Origin: Clostridiales bacterium
GTDB taxonomy: Bacteria; Bacillota; Clostridia; Christensenellales; Pumilibacteraceae
Reading direction: 5' to 3'
Length of the DNA: 64,000 nucleotides
Assembly: GCA_022511445.1 (NCBI GenBank)
Contig: JAFLVE010000012.1
Coordinates: 26,514-90,513 of the forward strand
A model generated the notes under the pieces. It worked only from the letters and a program-made list of their open reading frames with translations, made no database searches and was not told the DNA's origin. Below, in pieces: positions 1-9,157 of this stretch. Each line of letters opens with the position of its first letter. The stretch's first letter is position 1. The position numbers and the translations under genes were made by a program.

Positions 1-2
1 TG

Positions 3-173
3 GGCGTTACCGAGGGCAGGATAGACAGGTGGAAAAATAATTTTTCCATGTACGACGGCGACGTTGACTCGATAACTTACAAGGTGGAAATAGTGGAAAG
101 CGACGCGGTCGCGTTCGAAAAGGATTGCGCAGGCGTCGCGGTAAAAGCGCTTGCACGCGTTCGGCTTGATTAA
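3..173 (+). CDS. 3' end of an upstream gene entering from outside the window (product unknown)
   Basis: Frame 3 is open from nt 3 to TAA at 171-173 (...ITYKVEIVESDAVAFEKDCAGVAVKALARVRLD*). It is on the same strand as the 1500-aa helicase ORF and ends 11 nt before its start. It is absent from the ORF track because no start codon lies in the window. Confidence 0.35.
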   Translation, partial: GVTEGRIDRWKNNFSMYDGDVDSITYKVEIVESDAVAFEKDCAGVAVKALARVRLD

Positions 174-184
174 CGAGGTAAAAA

Positions 185-3100
185 ATGGAATTAGATAGCT
201 TTATTATCGATCTTTTGCATATAAACGACGTCGAGAACAACTCCCTTCTCGACGTCGGCGCCAAGCCGGAAAAGGCGTACAGGCTTTCCCATCCCGACTA
301 CATAGACTTCGGCGAGCACATTATAAGCACCGCCAAGCGCACCTGCGGCAAGCCCGCTTCCACCGTGCTTGCGGGAAGCGCGCTCCTCGGCGAACAGATT
401 GTGGGCAAGATGGTCAGCTCGCTCGAGTGGCGCCGCCTCGACGGTACGCACGACACCTCGAGTCTCGACAAGTTTATTTCGAGCGCGTACAAGGCGATTT
501 CCCAAAAGGGCAACAACCCCCTGTTTTTGGGCGTGGGCGCAATCAAGTGGAAGCTCGCCGGAAAAAAGGATAACGTTATTATTGCGGAGTCGCCGCTGCT
601 CGTTTACCCCATACGCCTCATCCGTTCGGTAAACACCGCGCCCGTATCAATCGAATTTATTAACGACGAGGTGTACCTTAACCCGTGCTTTGTCGCTAAA
701 TTGCAAAAGGTTTTCCCGCTCGTTGCCGAAAAGTTCCCGCACCCCAACGGCGAGGTGGACCTCGACGAGCCCGTCGACACCGAGATTTTGGGCGACGGCA
801 AGGCGTACTTCGACACGGTTGCAAGGTTTGTCAGGGACGCGGTCGGGTCTAACGACACCGTTTTCGAGTTCGACGGCAATTCGGTTGTTATAGCGCCGTA
901 CGAGCACAACGAGCTGTGCATGTACTACGACATCAGGCGGAGAAGGGCGGCTATCGACGCGCACCCGCTTATCGACAGAATTTTCAATAAGCGCGAAAAA
1001 TACACCGTGCCGAACGCTTCCGCCGAGCCCGAATTTATCCGTCCGCGCGACACCGCGCAGGAGAGAATAGTGCGCAGGATTGTGGGCGGCGAGTCCTTAA
1101 TAGTAAAGGGTCCTCCGGGCACGGGCAAAACCCACACCATAATAAACACCGTCGCCGCGCTTATCGCCGCGGGTAAAAAGGTGCTTTTATCCTCCGCAAA
1201 GCTGTCCGCACTATCCGAGGTGTATCAGCAAATGCCGGACGAGCTTCGCGATTACTGTATGCTTCTCGAATGCGAAACGGAGGCGGAAGCGGCAAAGCTC
1301 AATCCGTCGTCCGTAAAAAAGGAGTTCAGAGACCTTTTGGAAAAGCGCAAGGGAGCAAGCTCGCTTCCTCCGTCGGTGTACGAAACCATTCGCCGCTCGC
1401 GCGCCGAAAAGGCGGAGGCGGCGCGGTCGCTTACCGAGTACGTGCGCGAAACCTTTGAGGACAGGAGCATACTCGGACACACCTATTACGAGGCGCTCGA
1501 CAAGGTTTGCGCTTTTTCGGACGGGGTGGACTTCGCTTCGGGAATAGAGCTTTCCTCCCTCCCGCAGGACAAGTTCGGCGATCTTGCCGCCAAGGCGGAC
1601 AAGGCGGGCGAAGCGCTGAAAAAGGCGACGGCGGGCGGAAAGGTTCCATTTAAAAAATGTCCGTGGGCGCCGAATATAGAAAAGCACGCGATGCTTAGCT
1701 ACTTCTCCTGCGATAAGGAAAAGGCGATTAAAACCTATTCCGAGCTTAAAAAAGAGAGCGAGGGCTTGTCCGCCGCGCTTAAAGACGTCGAGAGTAAATG
1801 CGGAGCGTCCGGGCTAAAGCTGTCGTATGCGCCCGCGCTTAACGGAATCCCGTTCGACGCGGAAAAGGCGCGGACTATACTCGAAGCGCTTGCGGGCGCG
1901 GGAGCTATTTCCGCCGCGCTCGACACGTTCCGCGCCTGCGACAAGGCGGAATATAAGTGCGACGGCTTCGACGCGGAAAGTCACGCCGAGTTTGCGTTTT
2001 ACGCGCATCCCGACGAGGAGCTTACCGTTGACGACGCGAGAAAGATTGCCGAAAAGATAGGACTTATAAGCTCGCTGTCCGACGAGGCGGGCGTGGACAG
2101 ACTGTTTGCTTTTGTAGACAGAATCGATAAAATCAACGGGGAAATAAAGGAGCTTGAAAAAACCGTTTCGCGCGCGTTCGATTTTTCGGAGCTTACAAAG
2201 GACGATATTGCCAAAATCGACAAGCTTTCCGCCAAGTTCGGCGGACTTCTCGGCGCGCCCGAAAAGCCTACGCTTTCCATGCGCGGCGCGTATAAAAAGC
2301 TCAGTAAGTTCAGCTACCTTCCCGATATAGAGTTTGCCGAGGTGGCGCGGGCGGCGATTGCGCGCTGCGATATCTCGGCGCGCCTCGGCTCCGTTTACGA
2401 GACGGAGCGGGAGATTAGCCGTATTTACGGCAGGCGCATGGACGAGACCGATTTGTCCGCGGTAAAGTTCGTCGTCGGACGCTGCGCCGCACTCGGCGTT
2501 AAATACGTCGATTACGTTAAGTGGTTTAACTCCAATAACAGAGAGCTGTTTGCCTGCGCCGAAGGGCTTAAAGCGGGCGGCGGCGCCACGCTCGGCGCGG
2601 TGGCGCGCTCCGTTAAATACGCCGCGGCGCGCGACAGACTTATAGAGTCGATGTCGTCGCTCGAGGGTACGCTCGATATTTCGAGCGACAACGCCGCGCA
2701 CGTTGCCGCGCTTGCCGTAGCTCTTTCCGATATCAAGATAACGAGCGGAAAAGAGGACGGGGAGGTTGCCGCGTTTGCGGTCGAAATTGCGGCGGCGCTT
2801 AAAGGAACGGCGCATAAAGCTGAAAGGTTTATCGAAAAAATGTCGGCGTGCGGAGAAAAGCTGTTCGGGAGCTATTACTCGGCAAACGCGGACGACCTTA
2901 CCGCTGCTGACCTCGATATATTTATCGAGCTCTGCGCCGACCGCGACGTGCTCGGCGCCTCGACGGAGTTTTGCAATGCGCTCACCGTCGAAGTGGGGGG
3001 AGTGGGACTGTTGCGCTTCTTTGCGCCCTTTATCTCGGGTGAAAAGACCTTCGATAAAGATACCGACTTCGGCGAGATATTCAAGCTGTCGGCGGTGGCT

Positions 3101-4687
3101 ATCGTTACCGACTATTTTACCGCAAAGCTCGGCGACCGCAAAAACGGCGTAGGCAGGCGCGTTGCCGCCGCGCTCGACGGTTGGGCGGAGGCGGAAAAGG
3201 CGCAGGACGAGGCGACGGTCAAAAAGATTGCCGCAGACTGCATGGCAAAAATCGATCCTAAGGACAGGGATTTCGACTTTCTCGACGCGGACAAGGGCTT
3301 TGACACCACACTCAGGCGGCTGTTCAAAAACCGCGCGAGAGAGATACTCAAGCTTAAAAAAGTATTCCTGCTTTCGGCGTCCACCGCAAGCGTGCTCCTC
3401 GGTAACGACGAGTACGCGTCGTTCGACGTGGTTATTATCGACGAGGCGAGCCAGCTCGAGCCGGTGTGCGCTTTGCCCGTCGTGTCGCGCGCAAAGCAGG
3501 TAGTGCTCGTTGGCGACGAAATGCAAATGCCGCCCATTCACCACTTCGGCGGCAGGGAGGAAAAAACGGAGGAGGACAGCTACGGCGAAACCGTCGTGCT
3601 GACCGGCGATCTTTCCGTTTTGGGACTTGCGCTTACCAACGAGGCGTTCCCCGTCGAGGCGCTTACGGCGCACTTCAGGAGCCGCACCGAGGCGCTTATC
3701 GCGTTCTCGCAGGAGCGGTACTATCCGTACATGCGGACCTTCCCCTCGGCGGTGCCGCGGGGAAGCGGGCTCGGGTTTAAGGATATTCTCGTTAAGGACG
3801 GGCGCTGCGACGGCGGTGTTAACTCCGCGGAAGCAAAGGCGGTCGTCGGCGAGTTAAAGGCGCATTTCGACGAATACTTTAAGGACGGCAAGCTGACCGA
3901 ATCGGTGGGCGTGGTGGCGTTCGGTGTTCAGCAGATAAACGCAATCACTTCGCTTGTCGAGCGCGACAAGGAATTAAGCGAAAAAATAGACAAGGCGCTT
4001 GCGGCGTTTGACGATTTGCCCGAAAATCTGATATTCTTTAAGACGATTGAAACGGTGCAGGGTCAGGAAACTGACCACCTTATTCTGTCCGTCACCTACG
4101 GGAAAAACAAGGACGGCAAGATAGTGCAAAGCTACGGCGAGCTTAACCGCGGCGACCTCGGCGAACGCATATTCAACGTTGCGGTTACGCGCGCAAAGAG
4201 CTCGGTTACCGTCATTCATTCGGTCGAGCCCGTAGATATAAGAGGCGAAAACGTCAGATATATCGGCGAATACATAAAGCTTGCGGAAAGCTTTGCTCGC
4301 GCCGAGGATTCGGTGTTCTCCCGCTCGGGCGGAAGCGAACGCCACGGATTCTTTACGCGCGTCAAGCAGTGCCTTACTTCGCTCGGTATCGACGAAAAGC
4401 GTATCGTATTCGATTGCGGCGTTACCGAGGGCTCGGTGCGCATCCCCGTTGCGGTGCTTTCGCCCGACCTAAAGAGCGCGGAAATAGGAATATGGTGCGA
4501 GACTCCGCCCCGCGTCAACGAGCCGTACATCGACGAAAACTCCAGGTACTATCACATTCTCGAAGCGCGCGGCTGGAAGATGCACAGAATTTGTATCCGC
4601 GACTTCGTGTACAATACCGACGCCGAGGTAAAGAGGCTTAACGCGGCAGTAAAAGAGTGCGTAACGGGACTTGTCGCCGAGGGCTGA
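185..4687 (+). CDS. DUF4011-type Upf1-like SF1 helicase with C-terminal Vsr/DUF559-like endonuclease fold (Hhe-like)
   Basis: Walker A GPPGTGKTHT (nt 1109-1138) and Walker B VVIIDEASQ (nt 3428-3454). Further motifs VLVGDEMQMPP, TVQGQETD and NVAVTRAK are typical of AAA_11/AAA_12 helicases. The C-terminal segment IGIWCE...ILEARGWKMHRICIRDF resembles the Vsr-like end of DUF4011/DUF3320 proteins. Confidence 0.85.
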   Translation: MELDSFIIDLLHINDVENNSLLDVGAKPEKAYRLSHPDYIDFGEHIISTAKRTCGKPASTVLAGSALLGEQIVGKMVSSLEWRRLDGTHDTSSLDKFISSAYKAISQKGNNPLFLGVGAIKWKLAGKKDNVIIAESPLLVYPIRLIRSVNTAPVSIEFINDEVYLNPCFVAKLQKVFPLVAEKFPHPNGEVDLDEPVDTEILGDGKAYFDTVARFVRDAVGSNDTVFEFDGNSVVIAPYEHNELCMYYDIRRRRAAIDAHPLIDRIFNKREKYTVPNASAEPEFIRPRDTAQERIVRRIVGGESLIVKGPPGTGKTHTIINTVAALIAAGKKVLLSSAKLSALSEVYQQMPDELRDYCMLLECETEAEAAKLNPSSVKKEFRDLLEKRKGASSLPPSVYETIRRSRAEKAEAARSLTEYVRETFEDRSILGHTYYEALDKVCAFSDGVDFASGIELSSLPQDKFGDLAAKADKAGEALKKATAGGKVPFKKCPWAPNIEKHAMLSYFSCDKEKAIKTYSELKKESEGLSAALKDVESKCGASGLKLSYAPALNGIPFDAEKARTILEALAGAGAISAALDTFRACDKAEYKCDGFDAESHAEFAFYAHPDEELTVDDARKIAEKIGLISSLSDEAGVDRLFAFVDRIDKINGEIKELEKTVSRAFDFSELTKDDIAKIDKLSAKFGGLLGAPEKPTLSMRGAYKKLSKFSYLPDIEFAEVARAAIARCDISARLGSVYETEREISRIYGRRMDETDLSAVKFVVGRCAALGVKYVDYVKWFNSNNRELFACAEGLKAGGGATLGAVARSVKYAAARDRLIESMSSLEGTLDISSDNAAHVAALAVALSDIKITSGKEDGEVAAFAVEIAAALKGTAHKAERFIEKMSACGEKLFGSYYSANADDLTAADLDIFIELCADRDVLGASTEFCNALTVEVGGVGLLRFFAPFISGEKTFDKDTDFGEIFKLSAVAIVTDYFTAKLGDRKNGVGRRVAAALDGWAEAEKAQDEATVKKIAADCMAKIDPKDRDFDFLDADKGFDTTLRRLFKNRAREILKLKKVFLLSASTASVLLGNDEYASFDVVIIDEASQLEPVCALPVVSRAKQVVLVGDEMQMPPIHHFGGREEKTEEDSYGETVVLTGDLSVLGLALTNEAFPVEALTAHFRSRTEALIAFSQERYYPYMRTFPSAVPRGSGLGFKDILVKDGRCDGGVNSAEAKAVVGELKAHFDEYFKDGKLTESVGVVAFGVQQINAITSLVERDKELSEKIDKALAAFDDLPENLIFFKTIETVQGQETDHLILSVTYGKNKDGKIVQSYGELNRGDLGERIFNVAVTRAKSSVTVIHSVEPVDIRGENVRYIGEYIKLAESFARAEDSVFSRSGGSERHGFFTRVKQCLTSLGIDEKRIVFDCGVTEGSVRIPVAVLSPDLKSAEIGIWCETPPRVNEPYIDENSRYYHILEARGWKMHRICIRDFVYNTDAEVKRLNAAVKECVTGLVAEG

Positions 4688-4787
4688 TTGCCTTTTCGCG
4701 GCGTATTAAACGGTAAATATCCCGATATATCGTCGGGCAATAATAATAAAAAAACTTCGACTTTTTGTCGCAAATAAGGAGATAATC

Positions 4788-5480
4788 ATGGCAAGACAGA
4801 GTGTATTCACGGAAATGGAAACAAGCGTAGGTAAGCGCGTAAAAGAGGTGGGCACCGAATTGCACGAGCAAGCGGTACGCGAAAAGCGCAACGAGTTCAA
4901 CACGCGTATCGACGCTATCGCCGATAAAATAATCGAGTTTCGCGAGAGAAACGCGGAGGAGTATCTTATAGAGATGCTCACCACCTTCCTCGACGTTGCG
5001 CTCGACATGCGCGATCTTATGGACGCGCTCGAAGCGACGAGCCAGGGCATGCAGTGCATAGCCACGGCGGTAGGATTTATCGACGAGATGCTCGAGTTTA
5101 ACATGGGCATGTTCGAGGTTTCGCTCAACCACAATTACGGGTTTTGGCAGAGGCTTAAAGAAAAGCGCCGCATAAGAAAGGCGATAAGGAACAACGCCGG
5201 ACGAATGAAGATGGTCGTTTATAACATGACCGGTCAGCTCAGGTTTGCTCAAGAGCTTGTAGGCGAGATGAAAAACGTCACGGTACAGCTCAAAAAAGCG
5301 ACCGGCAAAAAGAACAAAAAAGGCGAGCCTTCCGGAGGAAAAGCGGAATCGTACGTTCAGCAGCGTTTAAGCAAACGCGGCGGCGAGACAACCACGGAAA
5401 GCAACGGCGGCGCTTCGACGGCGACTCCGCCTCCCGCCGCACCGTCGGGCGATCTCGACAGTATCGACGATATACTTTAA
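4788..5480 (+). CDS. all-helical hypothetical protein with G/S/T/P-rich linker and acidic C-terminal tail (ESCRT-III-like candidate)
   Basis: AAGGAG ribosome-binding site 7 nt upstream. The first ~170 aa are heptad-like and helical in composition. A low-complexity linker (KKATGKKNKKGEPSGG...TATPPPAAPSG) follows, and the protein ends in DLDSIDDIL. I recognise no family by eye. Confidence 0.7.
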   Translation: MARQSVFTEMETSVGKRVKEVGTELHEQAVREKRNEFNTRIDAIADKIIEFRERNAEEYLIEMLTTFLDVALDMRDLMDALEATSQGMQCIATAVGFIDEMLEFNMGMFEVSLNHNYGFWQRLKEKRRIRKAIRNNAGRMKMVVYNMTGQLRFAQELVGEMKNVTVQLKKATGKKNKKGEPSGGKAESYVQQRLSKRGGETTTESNGGASTATPPPAAPSGDLDSIDDIL

Positions 5481-5500
5481 TCTGTAAAGGAGAATAAACT

Positions 5501-6700
5501 ATGGCTATCGGCGGGAGAGCAGGCGGCACGCCCTCGGGCAAGGGCGACGGCAAGCCGGACGAAAAGGACGATTCCATAAGCGCGCTTAAAGAAAAGTTCA
5601 GAGAATCGTACGACAAAATTAAAAAGATTATTGGCGGGCGCAGCGACAAAAAGGATTTCCGTCAGGAGGAGCGCGACGAGCTTCGCCGCGAGTATACCAC
5701 GGCGGCGCGACTTGCCAAGGATATATCAAACCGCGTGACCGACGAGGCGGACAGCGCTAAGTACCTCGAGTTCTACAAGCAGCTTTCGGAGCGCGCCGCG
5801 TCGTACGGCTCGGTCATGAAAAACGAGATTCCCAAAACGACCATGGACGACATAAAGGGGCTCGACAACGTTAAAAAGCTTGTCGACAGCTTCCTGTTTA
5901 TGGCGCAGAATCCCGATATACTCAAGTATTACAAAATGGAAGGCGGACTGGGCGTCCTCATGTACGGCGCGCCCGGAACGGGTAAAACCATGTTCGCGGA
6001 GGCTATCGCAAACCGCATGCAGCTGCCGCTTTTTATAGTTACGCCCGCGGATATTTTTAAGTCGTACGTCGGCGCTTCCGAGCAGGCCGTGCGCGCAATC
6101 TTCGAGGATATAGAAAGCTGTCCCGACGGTGCGGTGCTGTTTATCGACGAGTGTGAATCGATTTTCAGTAAACGTACGGATAGAACGGAGGATTATAAAT
6201 CGGCGGTCACTACCGAGCTATTACAGCGCATTAACGGCTTCGGCGTGGACGGGTCCAAGCGCATCATGGTAGGCGCGACCAACCGCCCCGAAATGATCGA
6301 CCCCGCGTACCTCAGATATAAAAGGTTTTCCTACCTTATCCACGTAACCCCGCCCGACGAGACCGCGCGCCGCGCCATTATCGAGAGCAAGCTTAAAGGT
6401 ATTCAGCTAAGCGGGATTACGCTCGACGAAATTGTCGCCATGACGAACGCCACTTCCTCTCGGCTTACAAGCATGGGCTACGTGCCGGACGAGGACGCTT
6501 ACTACTCGGCGGCGGACATCTGCGGAATCATAGAGGAAGCGTGCCGCCTCACACTCGAAAAAGTGCAGGAGAGCGGGAAACGTCAAACGCTCCCGCTTAC
6601 CCGCGACGTTTTCGAAAAAGCGTTTAAGCAGATTCCGCCCGGCATCTCCGCAAGCCTCCTCCAAAAGTACGAGGACTTTAGGAAAAGCATAAAGTCGTAG
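5501..6700 (+). CDS. single-cassette classical-clade AAA ATPase, Vps4/katanin/spastin-like, with N-terminal three-helix region
   Basis: Walker A GAPGTGKT (nt 5966-5989), Walker B LFIDECES and pore loop KSYVGAS. The second region of homology reads GATNRPEMIDPAYLRYKRF. The C-terminal LLQKYEDFRKS resembles the terminal helix of meiotic-clade AAA proteins. AAGGAG ribosome-binding site upstream. Confidence 0.85.
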   Translation: MAIGGRAGGTPSGKGDGKPDEKDDSISALKEKFRESYDKIKKIIGGRSDKKDFRQEERDELRREYTTAARLAKDISNRVTDEADSAKYLEFYKQLSERAASYGSVMKNEIPKTTMDDIKGLDNVKKLVDSFLFMAQNPDILKYYKMEGGLGVLMYGAPGTGKTMFAEAIANRMQLPLFIVTPADIFKSYVGASEQAVRAIFEDIESCPDGAVLFIDECESIFSKRTDRTEDYKSAVTTELLQRINGFGVDGSKRIMVGATNRPEMIDPAYLRYKRFSYLIHVTPPDETARRAIIESKLKGIQLSGITLDEIVAMTNATSSRLTSMGYVPDEDAYYSAADICGIIEEACRLTLEKVQESGKRQTLPLTRDVFEKAFKQIPPGISASLLQKYEDFRKSIKS

Positions 6701-6716
6701 TATTTCGGCGAAATAT

Positions 6717-6747
6717 AAAACCCGCGAGAAAGCGGGTTTTTGTTTTT
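6717..6747 (+). terminator. intrinsic terminator after the AAA ATPase gene
   Basis: aaaaCCCGCgagaaaGCGGGtttttgttttt: a GC stem followed by a T-run, 17 nt after the stop codon. Confidence 0.7.
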
Positions 6748-6769
6748 GGGGAAAGGTTGAGACTCTTCG

Positions 6770-7235
6770 CTGAAGCTCAGAGTGACAAAAAATGTGCGGC
6801 TGTCGTCAAGCCTTCGGTTAGTGCATAGGACAAAAAGTAAGTATGTCGGCTGTTTATTGTGAGTTCTTCTTATTACCGCTACTACATCATTTCGACCGAA
6901 GCGAGCGAAGCTAAGCGAAACGGAGAAATCCAGGCAAAGCCGCACACTTGCCTCCCACTTTTGCAAAGCCAAAGGGGAATGTGTCCGAATGGCGGTGGGG
7001 GGTTAATTCTTTACCACTTTGCGGCGGTTCGCCTAGACCCCTCGACAAGCTCGGGGTGATGTACGGTAGGCAAGATAGAAATAAGCTGTTACGCCCCGAG
7101 TCGCGCAGCCTTCGGCTGTCGTCAAGCCTTCGGCTTGTCTCTACGGATAAAACGGAGTGCTTTTTTCGGGTGTGAAGTAAAACAAGCAGGTAGGTCTACA
7201 CACGACATACGCCAAGCCTTCGGCTTGCATAAAAA
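6770..7235. repeat. cluster of short hairpin-repeat modules (same family as 12.1, 37.7, 39.3 and 60.7 kb)
   Basis: gtcgtcaagccttcgg(c/t)t occurs at about 6803, 7118 and 7213. The module catcatttcgaccgaagcgagcg (about 6886) and the module cctcgacaagctcgg..tacggtag (about 7040) match modules at 39.3 kb. Confidence 0.55.
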
Positions 7236-7247
7236 AATACAAAACTA

Positions 7248-7276
7248 TTGACACTTAGGCGTGTGTGTGGTACAAT
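7248..7276 (+). promoter_or_regulatory. sigma-A-type promoter (TTGACA-17-TGgTACAAT)
   Basis: Consensus -35, 17-nt spacer and extended -10, located 31 nt upstream of the lipoprotein gene start. Confidence 0.55.
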
Positions 7277-7306
7277 ATAAAATAGGCTTATTAAAAAGGG
7301 GGAAGT

Positions 7307-9139
7307 ATGAAAAAAAGAGTTATCGCATCTGTCGTCGCTTGCGCTGCGGTAGGGCTGGCCTTTTTCGGTTTTGCCGCTTGCGACAAGGCTCCCACGGGCG
7401 ACGGATCGGGTGATAACACCCTTGCTAAGATCGACGTGGGCTCGATAACGGTATCCGAGGAGATCTTTCCGAACGGCAAGCTCGGCACCGTTTTTTCTTG
7501 GAGCGTTGTGGAAAACGCAACCGCGTACTTATTTGACTGCAACGGCACTGAGGTTAAGAGCACTTACCCCAGCGTTACAGTTCAGAACTACAATCAAATT
7601 ACCCTTCCTTCGGACGGTGTATTTAACGTATCAATAAGCGCGACGGCGTACGGATATACACCTTCCGAGCCTGTCTCCTATACCTACACCGTAAGGGGGT
7701 GTGAATTGAACGGCATTTCTGTTACTTCGTTTGACGACGGCATTCTTAAATGGAAAGCCGATCCTTTGGCAAAAGGCTATCTCGTGTCCGTTAACGGCGG
7801 GGCGAGCGTTGCCGTAACTGCCAACGAGTTCGACCTGAACGGCTCCGAGTACGCGGGCGCGGCTAAAGTTACGGTACGCGCCACGGGCGACGGGCTGTAT
7901 ACCAAAACGGGCACGGCGTTTACCGTTAAGATAAACGCCGAACATACCAAGGTTCACCTTCTTCCAATCGAGGAATATACCGTAGCGGACGGCGTTGTCA
8001 GATGGAGCGCGGTGCCCGGCGTTACAAAGTACAAGGTGGTGGACATCGAACGCAACACCGTTGTAACGGAGGATCTTTTTTACGACTATTCGGAAAGCCT
8101 GCCCGTTTACGGCGTTTACCCGATTTCCGATAACGCCGCCTTAGAGAGCGCGGCTGTGGAGCCCGTTCTCATTCCCTATCTCGAGGGCGAGGGCACGAAC
8201 GCTTCCCCGTACAAAATTAAAACGCCTGTAGACTTCCGCGCTATAGACTACTACGAGGCGCGCTACGCCGAAAAGCTTAAAACCGATTCCGACGCACCGC
8301 GCGTCTCCTATGTAATCAATAACAACATAGATTTCAACGCGGTCGGCGCACTCGAAGAAGAGTCCAACTTCTACGCTCTTTCCCAGCCGTTTTACGGCAC
8401 GCTTAACGGCAACGGCAAGGAATTATCCAATATTCGCGTACGCCACCGTTCGGGCTATTGGGCAATGTTCGACTATATAACGAATAAGGGCGCGGTTATG
8501 AACATTAAGTTCGTTTCGCCCGATATTCAGAACTCCATGATTCAGCCCACGCTTCCGCTTAACGCGTCGATTGCCACAATCGCGTATAAAAACTACGGCA
8601 TAATTTCCGCTATAACCGTAAAGGACGCCAACTACAAAACCGCGGGCGGCGAGATTGGCGGAATATGCTGGGACAACCGCGGCATCGTTCAAAACTGCGT
8701 GTTCGGCGGAATTATCGAGCAAAAGGCGACGGGTCAGCCCAACCAGGCGTGCTTTGAGATGGCGGGAATCGTTTCCGAAAACAACGGCACCGTAAGCGGC
8801 AATAAGGTTACCACGCTCGAAATCCGCGGCACCGCGATACCCGATAACGGCAGCTCGTACAACAACGTGCGCTGCGCCGCGGGAATCGTTTCCGTTAACC
8901 GTGCGGGCGGAACGGTTTCCAATAACTCGTTCGAAACGGTTACAATGTCCACCGTTCTTAACGCAATTACCGAGCACGAGTTCGGCGGAATCGTCGCGTA
9001 CAACGCCGGCACGGTAGTAAAGGGCTCGGGCTCGCTCGGCACTTTCATTCACAACGGCACGACGGTAAGCGCGGAGGTGGGAACGAGCTCGTCTCTCCTC
9101 GGCAAGCTTATCGGCAAAAACGAAGGCAAAAGGTCGTAA
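7307..9139 (+). CDS. surface lipoprotein with Ig/FN3-like repeats and GLUG-like motifs
   Basis: Signal peptide with lipobox (LAFFGFAAC). Repeated GGI(C/V)..N.G motifs: GEIGGICWDNRG, AGIVSENNG, AGIVSVNRAG, GGIVAYNAG. Confidence 0.75.
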   Translation: MKKRVIASVVACAAVGLAFFGFAACDKAPTGDGSGDNTLAKIDVGSITVSEEIFPNGKLGTVFSWSVVENATAYLFDCNGTEVKSTYPSVTVQNYNQITLPSDGVFNVSISATAYGYTPSEPVSYTYTVRGCELNGISVTSFDDGILKWKADPLAKGYLVSVNGGASVAVTANEFDLNGSEYAGAAKVTVRATGDGLYTKTGTAFTVKINAEHTKVHLLPIEEYTVADGVVRWSAVPGVTKYKVVDIERNTVVTEDLFYDYSESLPVYGVYPISDNAALESAAVEPVLIPYLEGEGTNASPYKIKTPVDFRAIDYYEARYAEKLKTDSDAPRVSYVINNNIDFNAVGALEEESNFYALSQPFYGTLNGNGKELSNIRVRHRSGYWAMFDYITNKGAVMNIKFVSPDIQNSMIQPTLPLNASIATIAYKNYGIISAITVKDANYKTAGGEIGGICWDNRGIVQNCVFGGIIEQKATGQPNQACFEMAGIVSENNGTVSGNKVTTLEIRGTAIPDNGSSYNNVRCAAGIVSVNRAGGTVSNNSFETVTMSTVLNAITEHEFGGIVAYNAGTVVKGSGSLGTFIHNGTTVSAEVGTSSSLLGKLIGKNEGKRS

Positions 9140-9157
9140 TAGGTAGGGGGTAGAGTT

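Noticed and set aside
1814-3673. 619-aa minus-strand ORF, plus many shorter ones, antisense to the 1500-aa helicase gene
   Set aside because: This is a shadow ORF of a GC-rich gene. Its R/A/G/V-rich low-complexity translation has no motifs or ribosome-binding site, and it is fully nested in a gene with clear helicase motifs.
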